Source: Candidatus Woesearchaeota archaeon
GTDB lineage: Archaea; Nanobdellota; Nanobdellia; SCGC-AAA011-G17; ARS1403
DNA: 64,000 bases
Assembly (NCBI GenBank): GCA_016188065.1
Contig: JACPIN010000020.1
Span: forward strand, 764 to 64,763
Direction: 5' to 3'
This document shows positions 56,803-64,000 of this stretch, in pieces (the first letter of the stretch is position 1; every line of letters begins with the position of its first letter). A program made the translations under genes and the position numbers. The notes under the pieces are model-generated. The model was not told the origin of the DNA. It made no database searches and saw nothing but the letters and a program-made list of their open reading frames with translations.

Positions 56803-58104
56803 ATGAAGATCGTGTTCCTTGAGGTGGAATCTGACAAGAAGATTTATAGGGATTATAACGGCGGATATGGAACTAGCTTTAATGCAGGTAAATCCCTTCT
56901 TGGAAAATTTTTAACAGGCTTGAGAACAACTAAAGAATATTTTCCTTACATGCCTTATGCCTATGGTGCAACCGTAATGAAGAAAAATGGGCACGAGGTT
57001 TCCATTTCTACAAATAAAACTGATGATGCTGATTTAGTTATAATGCATGCTTCTATGCCAAATCACAGCCATGAAATGAAATACTTGAAAGCGTTGAATG
57101 AAGAAGGAATTAAGGTTGGAATCATTGGACCTTTTGCCGGGATGAAGCCTGAACTTTTTGAAGATGCTGAGTTTATTATTAAGGGCGATGTTGAAAATAT
57201 TCTGGGAGGAATAAAAAAAGAGAAAGATATCCCTCATGGATTAGTCAGCTCTTCTGTCTCTAATCTAGATGAACTTCCATATCCTGACTGGAGCCTGTTT
57301 CCCGTTGAAAAATTTTCTTATAGCCCGATTATTACAAAGAAGCCATTTACTTTTGTCCTGTCAAGCAGAGGATGCACTTACGGCTGCAATTACTGCCCAT
57401 ATATTTCTGAATCTAACCTCGGAAGCAAATATCGGATGAGAAGCGTTGAAAACGTAATCGGTGAATTGAAACACTTGAAAGAAAAATTTGGCATTAAAGG
57501 AATACAGTTTAGAGATCCTTTATTTACATTAATTAAAAAAAGAACTGAAGATTTGTGCAGAGCAATTATTAAAGAAAATCTTGGAATTGAGTTTGGCTGT
57601 GAAACTAGGCTTGATAGGGTTGATGAAAATCTGCTGGATTTGATGCATGAAGCTGGATTTAGAGCTTTGAAAGTTGGGATCGAATCTGCTGATCTTGAAG
57701 TTTTAAGGAAAAGCAAAAGAATGCCAATAGCTTTGGAGCACCAAGAGAGAATGATTAAGCATTGTGACAACATTGGAATGAAAGTTGTTGGCTTCTATGT
57801 TATTGGACTGGAGAATGATACCGAGGAGACAGTAAAAGCCACTTTAAAATATTCTAAAAAATTGAATACTGATTTTGCTAACTTTACTATCTGCACCCCA
57901 ATTCCCGGGACTGAGTTTTATGATACTGTAAAAGATAGGATTAATACAGAGGATTATGACTTATTTGACAACTTCCATGTCACTTTTGACCATCCAAACA
58001 TTCCTAAGGAAAAAATAATCAAATATCAGGAAAAAGCATTAGTCGGATATTATTTAAGGCCGAGATATTTTTATAAATATTTTACAAAGACAATATTTAC
58101 ATGA
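56803..58104 (+). CDS. B12-binding-like (HpnJ/BchE-type) radical SAM protein
   Basis: SSRGCTYGCNYCPY, FRDPLF, CETRLD, GIESAD, TPIPGTEFY. Start MKIVFLE at 56803. Confidence 0.8.
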   Translation: MKIVFLEVESDKKIYRDYNGGYGTSFNAGKSLLGKFLTGLRTTKEYFPYMPYAYGATVMKKNGHEVSISTNKTDDADLVIMHASMPNHSHEMKYLKALNEEGIKVGIIGPFAGMKPELFEDAEFIIKGDVENILGGIKKEKDIPHGLVSSSVSNLDELPYPDWSLFPVEKFSYSPIITKKPFTFVLSSRGCTYGCNYCPYISESNLGSKYRMRSVENVIGELKHLKEKFGIKGIQFRDPLFTLIKKRTEDLCRAIIKENLGIEFGCETRLDRVDENLLDLMHEAGFRALKVGIESADLEVLRKSKRMPIALEHQERMIKHCDNIGMKVVGFYVIGLENDTEETVKATLKYSKKLNTDFANFTICTPIPGTEFYDTVKDRINTEDYDLFDNFHVTFDHPNIPKEKIIKYQEKALVGYYLRPRYFYKYFTKTIFT

Positions 58105-58892
58105 AAATTTTAGTTACTGGAGCTACTGGCTTTGTCGGAAAAAATTTAATGAAAAGATTAGAAAGATATGATGCAAATATTTTATCCAGAAAAGAAACTT
58201 CCATTAATAAAGCAAATATTTTCATCGGAGACTTGTTTGACAAGAAAATTCTGCTAGAAGCCAGCAAGGTTGATGCTGTAATACATTTAGCAGGAATTAC
58301 TAAAGGCGATGTCTTTAAGGCAAATTATGAAGGGACAAAAAACCTTGTTGATGCATGCATCGAAAACAAAGTTAAGAAGTTCATTTTTGTAAGCTCATTT
58401 AATGCTGTTCTAAATACAGATTATGGAAAATCCAAATTAAAGGCAGAGGAATATGTAAAAAATTCAGGACTGGCTTATATTATTTTCAGGCCAACGGTAA
58501 TATACGGAAGGGATAATAAAAAAGACATTGGTAAATTGATAAGGCTAATTAAACTTGGTTTTGCTCCTGTTCCTGGAGACGGAAAGTCAAAACTGCAGCC
58601 AATATTTGTCGAAGACTTAACTGCAATCATCACTAAATCCATTGAGAGCAAAATAAAGAACAAGGTTTATTTTGTTATGGGAGGAGATGCATTGACTTTT
58701 AATGAAATTGTTGAGATAATCCTTAAACGCTTAAATAAAAAAGCTGTCAGGATAAAAATTCCCAGATTATTAGTAAATTTAATTGACAAGACCCTGTTGG
58801 TAGACAAGGTATGCAGCGACAATGAAGTTGAGAAAGATTTTAAATTCCGCGCTAGAAAATTTGAAGATGGGATAAGAGAGATTATTCCATGA
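58101..58892 (+). CDS. NAD-dependent epimerase/dehydratase (SDR)
   Basis: VTGATGFVG, YGKSK, RPTVIYG. Confidence 0.85.
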   Translation: MKILVTGATGFVGKNLMKRLERYDANILSRKETSINKANIFIGDLFDKKILLEASKVDAVIHLAGITKGDVFKANYEGTKNLVDACIENKVKKFIFVSSFNAVLNTDYGKSKLKAEEYVKNSGLAYIIFRPTVIYGRDNKKDIGKLIRLIKLGFAPVPGDGKSKLQPIFVEDLTAIITKSIESKIKNKVYFVMGGDALTFNEIVEIILKRLNKKAVRIKIPRLLVNLIDKTLLVDKVCSDNEVEKDFKFRARKFEDGIREIIP

Positions 58893-59454
58893 CCTCTATA
58901 ATCTCGTAAATAAAACGGTCTGCTGCCCGATTAATGTCCTCTTCTGTCGCTCCCTGTATGATTATGCAGTTGCCCTCTAACTTTATTTCTGTCTTTTCTC
59001 CCAATTTTAAGACAGCTACATTCAAATCTTTTTGAACATCGCTGCAATCAATAACATAAGTTCCATTGTTTGCAAACTCTGTTGTTGCACCTATTACTTG
59101 AATCCCATACAAGCCAAGCCTTCTTCCTAAAATATTTGCTATGTCTATCGCCCCTAAAACTGCCCTTGATGTTAGATTTGGATCTATAGTTGTTGCAAGT
59201 GCTGGCTTTGATAAAACTAAATCCCGGATTCTATCATCTACGGTTATGTTTTCCAGTGTTTTTGGATCATGCCGTAACTGCAATAAATATGGCTGCTCTC
59301 CCTTGTATGCCCATGTAACCCAGCCTGTCGGGCTTTTCTGCAATTTGAAATTATTATATTCGTATTCATTCGGATTTTTTATTATGACTAAAGGCGACAA
59401 TGCGGCCAGGGCTAGAACAACTGCTACGATTATCATTATATTTCTTTCTTTCAT
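58882..59454 (-). CDS. Membrane-anchored hypothetical protein (paralog of 59451-60002)
   Basis: N-terminal TM; C-terminal GNCIIIQG...RAADRFIY. Confidence 0.6.
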   Translation of the reverse strand: MKERNIMIIVAVVLALAALSPLVIIKNPNEYEYNNFKLQKSPTGWVTWAYKGEQPYLLQLRHDPKTLENITVDDRIRDLVLSKPALATTIDPNLTSRAVLGAIDIANILGRRLGLYGIQVIGATTEFANNGTYVIDCSDVQKDLNVAVLKLGEKTEIKLEGNCIIIQGATEEDINRAADRFIYEIIEVME

Positions 59455-60002
59455 TTTATACTGTGCAGGCTTAAAACTAGAGCATCTACCTGCTGCGTTA
59501 TTAGGTGCGTCGGCCCTTGAATTAAAAGGCAGTTATTGTTGAATGTTGTTTCCTGGCTTTCTGACAACTGTGCCTGAATCACAATTGCTTCCTGACCAGC
59601 ATCTTTGCAAGCTTTCAATGGGAGGCTAACACATGCTTCAGAGTCTTCAATGCAAGAGATTATCACATTGTTCAGATATGGAAAGATATTGTTTTGTATC
59701 GAGAATAAAGCTTGCTGCGGGAGCTGATTTTTTGGATTTGAACTGAAATAAATTTTATTGGCTTTATTTAAATCTGTAAAAGTGATATCCGGAACTTGCT
59801 GATATTGAAGCAAATCTGGCTGCGTTGGGATTATGATCTGCTTGTTGTCTTTGTAAGTAATCCAGCCACCTTGATAAGGGGTAAATTTTTGTTTGCGAAA
59901 TTTTATATTTTCTGAATCGGTAGTATATTGGATAGCGATTCCCAAAACACTAAGTATCATAATTGATGCAATAAATATTGACATGAAATGTTTCTTGTTC
60001 AT
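59451..60002 (-). CDS. Membrane-anchored hypothetical protein
   Basis: N-terminal TM; C-terminal NNCLLIQG...QVDALVL; ATGA overlap with the next gene. Confidence 0.6.
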   Translation of the reverse strand: MNKKHFMSIFIASIMILSVLGIAIQYTTDSENIKFRKQKFTPYQGGWITYKDNKQIIIPTQPDLLQYQQVPDITFTDLNKANKIYFSSNPKNQLPQQALFSIQNNIFPYLNNVIISCIEDSEACVSLPLKACKDAGQEAIVIQAQLSESQETTFNNNCLLIQGPTHLITQQVDALVLSLHSIK

Positions 60003-60021
60003 TTTTTTATTCCTCAGTATA

Positions 60022-60111
60022 TAGCCCCACCAGGATTCGAACCTGGGTCAATGGCTTGCTTCACACCCTTATTCCAAAGGCCACTATCTTTGACCGCTAG
60101 ACCATGGGGCT
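60022..60111 (-). tRNA. tRNA-Gln(TTG) with 17-nt canonical 37/38 intron (60057-60073)
   Basis: AGCCCCA/TGGGGCT acceptor stem; GTGGC-CTTTGG[AATAAGGGTGTGAAGCA]A-GCCAT; BHB with a CTTT/GAAG central helix. Confidence 0.9.
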
Positions 60112-60148
60112 ATAAAAGAATTATTAGAAAGCGGTTTTAAAAAGATTG

Positions 60149-60897
60149 TTATTCGCTTAATTTTCTTACTGTTTCAATTAATAGTTTCTTAACATTATTT
60201 GCATTCTGCTCGAACACTTTTAGAATTTCTTCCCATGTAACGGGGATTTCCTCCTCTTTCCATGAATCGAAATCAGTTGCCATGGCAATGGCCGCATAGG
60301 GAATTCCTGCTTCATTTGCTAAGATACATTCAGGTGCTATTGACATGTTTATTACATCTGCCCCCAAGATCTAAACATATGCGATTCTGCTCTTGTTGAA
60401 AACCTTGGACCTTCAATTGTAATCACGGTTCCATTTTCATGTGTTTTATACCCTAGCTTTTTAGAGGATTCAATTAGAACTTTTCTTAATTTTTCATCAA
60501 AAGGAGCCACCATCGGAGTATGTTTAATTCCATTACTGAAATCGCCGTGAAAGGTTATACTTCTATGTTTCGTGAAATCTATAAACTGATCAAGAATAAC
60601 AAAATTTCCTCTTCCGATTTCTTCTCTTAGTGAGCCACAGGCTGTTGTTGCTAAAATGCAATCTACTTTTTGATCTTTTAATGCTTGTATGTTTGCTCTG
60701 TAATTAACTTGTGTTGGAGATAAAACATGTCCTTTACCATGCCTTGCTAAGATTATAACTTCTATATCGTTTATTTTCCCTATAGTTAATTTTGAACTTG
60801 GTTTCCCAAATTTTGTTTCAACCTCAATCTCCTTAAAATCTTGAAGAAGTTTCGGATCATCAAGCCCGCTTCCACCAATAATTCCAACCTTTGCCAT
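60149..60897 (-). CDS. mtnP: S-methyl-5'-thioadenosine phosphorylase, split by a -1 frameshift in a G5 run (60361-60365)
   Basis: GIIGGSG, LARHG.GH, VNYRANI, TACGSL, EGPRFSTRAES. Continues as GADVINMS..PE..LA.E..I.YA...MATDFD in the adjacent frame. Confidence 0.85.
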
Positions 60898-60986
60898 AAT
60901 TCTATTTGTTAAGTAAAAGTTATAAGAATTTCTGAATTAGAAAGATTATTTTCTTTATATCTTTTTGAATTCTATTTTTAATCATC

Positions 60987-61895
60987 TTATGCCTTCAAAT
61001 ACTTACCTTTAATGTAGTTAACAAAAGGCCTTTCTTTCTTTTCTATTTGATATCCATCTAGCACATCATAATACTCTTCTAAATCTTCAATAGGGATGTC
61101 TACAAGAGGATATTCTCTTTTCCATAAAACCCAATTCATCAAAAGCCTTGCCAATCTTGAATTTCCATCTACGAAAGGCTGTATTGAAGCTATTTTTAAA
61201 TGGATTAATGCTGCCAATTCAAGAGTATGAAACCTTCTATTTTCAGACTTGTACCATTTAAAGAAACTACCTAATTCTTTCTTAGCATCCTGCCATTTTG
61301 GGGGGGTGTAAACCGTTCCAGCAATTTTCACATTTCTCCTAATCTCATACCTTAATTTTCCAGCAGTAGGGTCATCTACCCCCGCAAAAAGAATGTTGTG
61401 CATTTTTTTAATAAAATGAATATCAAACTTTCCTTTATATTTAGTTATGGCAATAATGCATTTTTCATGATTTTCCAGTTCTTTTGCAACAATTAGGTTC
61501 TTAAATCCCTTAGGGACAATCCCCTTTTCTAGGATTAAATATGTCTGTCTTAGTGTAATGTCAAGCCCGGATAATTTACTGCTATCATAAGTATATCTAA
61601 CAATGAATTCCTCCATCTTTTTCTTTCTTTCAAGTTTGCTTAATTTATTTGTTTCTTTTCTGTATTCTTCTTTTTTCTTCTCTATTTTTTCAATATCCTC
61701 AAAGGAGAAATATTTGTATCTGTCTCCTTTTATTTCCTTAAGAAATTCTTTTTTCAAATGTTCAAGTCTAGCTTTAGGAGGAAGATTTTTGCCGAGGTAT
61801 TTAGTTCTTTGAATAACTTTTTTTCCTTCTCTTACCGAATGCACTAACACCCAGTATTCTTTATTTTTACTTTTAACTTTCCTCAATATTACCAT
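60987..61895 (-). CDS. Fic-domain protein with degenerate catalytic motif
   Basis: IQPFVDGNSRLARLLMN vs canonical HPFxDGNGRxxR; basic N-terminal domain. Confidence 0.8.
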   Translation of the reverse strand: MVILRKVKSKNKEYWVLVHSVREGKKVIQRTKYLGKNLPPKARLEHLKKEFLKEIKGDRYKYFSFEDIEKIEKKKEEYRKETNKLSKLERKKKMEEFIVRYTYDSSKLSGLDITLRQTYLILEKGIVPKGFKNLIVAKELENHEKCIIAITKYKGKFDIHFIKKMHNILFAGVDDPTAGKLRYEIRRNVKIAGTVYTPPKWQDAKKELGSFFKWYKSENRRFHTLELAALIHLKIASIQPFVDGNSRLARLLMNWVLWKREYPLVDIPIEDLEEYYDVLDGYQIEKKERPFVNYIKGKYLKA

Positions 61896-61952
61896 TATCA
61901 TAAGTTGTCACTACACTTATTTAAGCTTTGTGGTTGTCACTACATTATAGAA

Positions 61953-62537
61953 TTATTTTCTTTCCTTATACCTTCCCCTGCTTTCAACTTTTTCCAATCT
62001 CTTTAATACATCTTTGTGTTTGTAATGCTTTAGAATCTTATTGTGAGATTCCGGGAAGGATTTATAATGTTTTGATTCTAATGCCTGTTTTAATAATCTC
62101 AAGTCTACGGCTTTATCCTCTAACTTGTTTGAAAAAAACCCCAATCCAAAGTCTATGAAATAAATTTTATTATCTTTTAAAATTAAATTTGAAGTGGTTA
62201 GATCTCCATGAACGATGTCTTGAGAGTGTAATTCTGAAATTTCTTCTGCTAAATTTTTACATAGTTTCAACCTTTCTCTTTCTTTTAAACCATCAAAAAT
62301 ATTCTTCAACAAATCTCCTTCGAGGTACTCCATCTCAATCTTCATATCATTTACATTTAGGACTTTAGGAACATTAACTTTTGCTTTGTCCAATAATTTA
62401 GCTTCGCTTTTTGTTCTTAACTTGCGAATTTTCTCATCGATTTCTTTTATCCTGTAAGATTTCTTGATTCTGTGCTTTATTATTCTGTCTTTATCCAGAA
62501 ATATTATTGATTCTGCGCCTTGCTTTAGGATTTTCAT
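61953..62537 (-). CDS. bud32: KEOPS complex kinase Bud32
   Basis: QGAES, K.RIKKSYR, RTKSEAKLL, IVHGDLTTSN, IDFGLG, EDKAVDL, VESRGRY. Confidence 0.95.
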   Translation of the reverse strand: MKILKQGAESIIFLDKDRIIKHRIKKSYRIKEIDEKIRKLRTKSEAKLLDKAKVNVPKVLNVNDMKIEMEYLEGDLLKNIFDGLKERERLKLCKNLAEEISELHSQDIVHGDLTTSNLILKDNKIYFIDFGLGFFSNKLEDKAVDLRLLKQALESKHYKSFPESHNKILKHYKHKDVLKRLEKVESRGRYKERK

Positions 62538-62588
62538 AGATTGATGCTATATGGATATATTTTTAAAAGTTTATTGTATGGGCTTTTC

Positions 62589-63488
62589 ATGAGAACCTTG
62601 GTTACTGGCGGTACTGGATTTATCGGGAGCAATATTGCTCTTGAATTGATTAAGCAAGGACATGAAGTCTTAATTACTGGAAATGATTCTGAGGGACAGG
62701 TAAAAGGGGTCAAGAAATATTTACAGCCCAGCTTTGTGGGCTTGGATTTTGATTCTATCGGAAAAATAGACATTTTATTCCATCAAGCTGCGATAAACAA
62801 CACTACCAATTTAGATAGGACGGAAATGTTTAGGGCTAATGTTGATTCTTCAAAGAAATTATTTGAATATGTTATCAAAAATGGATGCAAACAAATAGTA
62901 TATGCCAGTTCAACTGCTATATATGGAAATTCCCCTGCTCCTTATAAAGAAAATGAGACAGAATTAGATCCTTTAAACCCTTATGCAGAATCCAAAATCG
63001 CATTAGAAAATGTTGCTAAAGATCTTAATGAAAAACATCCGGAGGTTATATTTGTTGGATTGAGATATTGCAATGTTTATGGTCCTGGTGAAAATATAAA
63101 AGGAAAAAGGGCGACGATGATTTATCAACTGGCCCAACAAATCCTAAAAGGGAGCCCTAAAATTTTCAGACATGGAGAGCAAAAGAGGGATTATATTTAT
63201 GTAAAGGATGTTGTCAAAGCAAATTTACTTGCTGCAAAAGCAAAGGAAAGCTGCGTCGTTAACTGCGGTTTTGGAAAGGCGACTACCTTTAATGATCTTA
63301 TTAAAATTCTGAATGAAGTTTTGAATTTAAACAGGAAAACAGAATACATTGAAAACCCTTATGTTGGAAGATATCAGGATTATACCCAATGCGACATGTC
63401 TTTAGCTAAAGAAAGACTGAATTTCGTTCCAGAATTTGATATTGAAAAAGGCATTAGAGATTATTACGAATCTGGAAACTTAGTCTAA
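62589..63488 (+). CDS. SDR epimerase, ADP-L-glycero-D-manno-heptose-6-epimerase (HldD)-like
   Basis: VTGGTGFIGS, YASSTAIYG, PLNPYAESK, GLRYCNVYGPGE..KG..A.MIYQL, RDYIYVKDV, YQDYTQCD. Confidence 0.75.
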   Translation: MRTLVTGGTGFIGSNIALELIKQGHEVLITGNDSEGQVKGVKKYLQPSFVGLDFDSIGKIDILFHQAAINNTTNLDRTEMFRANVDSSKKLFEYVIKNGCKQIVYASSTAIYGNSPAPYKENETELDPLNPYAESKIALENVAKDLNEKHPEVIFVGLRYCNVYGPGENIKGKRATMIYQLAQQILKGSPKIFRHGEQKRDYIYVKDVVKANLLAAKAKESCVVNCGFGKATTFNDLIKILNEVLNLNRKTEYIENPYVGRYQDYTQCDMSLAKERLNFVPEFDIEKGIRDYYESGNLV

Positions 63489-64000
63489 GGGTTTTCTTCA
63501 ATGATTCTTGCTGCTTCTAATAAATCTGATGCAGTAAAATCTGGTTTAACGTTGTCTTTTCCATCTTTCCCGGCTTTACCAGTTAAAACTAAAATCGTTT
63601 TTGTGCCAGCATTTCGGCCGCATTTAATATCAGAAGTTGAATCTCCTATAAAAAAAGAATTCTTCATGTCAATTCTCCCCCCGTAGTAAAGTTGTGCTCT
63701 TTCAATTAGCCCAATTTTAGGTTTCCTGCATTCACAATTCTCTGCTACTGTATGCGGACAGAAATATATTTTATCTATCTGAATTATTTGTTGAGAAAGT
63801 TGTTTAAACATGTGCAGATTTACTTTAAAAAAATCTTCTTTTGTGAAATATCCTAATCCTATGCCTGGCTGGTTTGTTACTATCATTAATTTGCATCCTA
63901 GACTTTGCATCTTTTTCATTCCTTCTAATGCATTTGGTGTAAACTTGAACTGATCCGGGCTATGCAGATATTCTACTTCCTCATTTATTGTCCCGTCTCT
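63485..64000 (-). CDS. gmhB: D-glycero-D-manno-heptose-1,7-bisphosphate phosphatase (HAD-IIIA), 5'-truncated by window edge
   Basis: Frame is open to the window end (RDGTINEEVEYLH); VTNQPGIG, FCPH....CECRKP, FIGDSTSD. Confidence 0.85.
   Translation of the reverse strand, partial: RDGTINEEVEYLHSPDQFKFTPNALEGMKKMQSLGCKLMIVTNQPGIGLGYFTKEDFFKVNLHMFKQLSQQIIQIDKIYFCPHTVAENCECRKPKIGLIERAQLYYGGRIDMKNSFFIGDSTSDIKCGRNAGTKTILVLTGKAGKDGKDNVKPDFTASDLLEAARIIEENP

Noticed and set aside
1898..63686. Numerous 60-195 aa ORFs antisense to or nested in the called genes (e.g. 5005-5592, 7292-7750, 11490-11900, 20153-20569, 57390-57773, 59141-59542)
   Set aside because: They are shadows of well-supported genes on the opposite strand, with no recognisable motifs.
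1..64000. CRISPR array, rRNA or provirus
   Set aside because: I saw no regularly spaced 25-40 bp repeats, no rRNA-like GC-rich segment, and no capsid, terminase or integrase genes.

Overview
This is an AT-rich archaeal genome segment. Archaeal ribosomal proteins uS15 and eS1/S3Ae, Bud32, a DHH/RecJ nuclease, intron-containing tRNAs, TATA-box promoters and an S-layer protein support this; the gene content suggests DPANN (Woesearchaeota/Pacearchaeota-like), which is an inference. Bases 1 to about 43,700 form a very large cell-surface glycosylation island: GT2/GT4/GT-C transferases, a flippase, Gmd, a sugar C-methyltransferase, SDR epimerases, a DPPR-synthase-like UbiA with a PAP2 phosphatase, and B12-binding and SPASM radical SAM enzymes. 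The island sits beside a heavily N-glycosylatable surface protein and the S-layer gene. Two natural-product-type cassettes are embedded in it: (i) a four-gene GHMP kinase / PLP beta-substitution enzyme / ATP-grasp / argininosuccinate-lyase-like operon resembling bacterial 2,3-diamino-acid (Dab/Dap) pathways, and (ii) a phosphonate pathway (CyTase-PepM, Ppd, Fe-ADH, NTP transferase) with two TauD-like dioxygenases and an HxlR regulator. The right third holds housekeeping genes, three tRNAs (Val-GAC, Thr-TGT with a non-canonical 27/28 intron, Gln-TTG with a canonical intron), six paralogous GT-A proteins, a convergent RHH/PIN pair and a degenerate Fic protein. It also contains a ~1.65 kb IS-derived element with terminal inverted repeats and a target-site duplication. 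That element has lost its transposase core and carries a CapRel-like fused RelA/SpoT gene, inserted in the last codons of recJ. Several ORFs are broken by single-base lesions, mostly in homopolymers, which may be assembly errors. All calls come from motif reading by eye; no searches were run.
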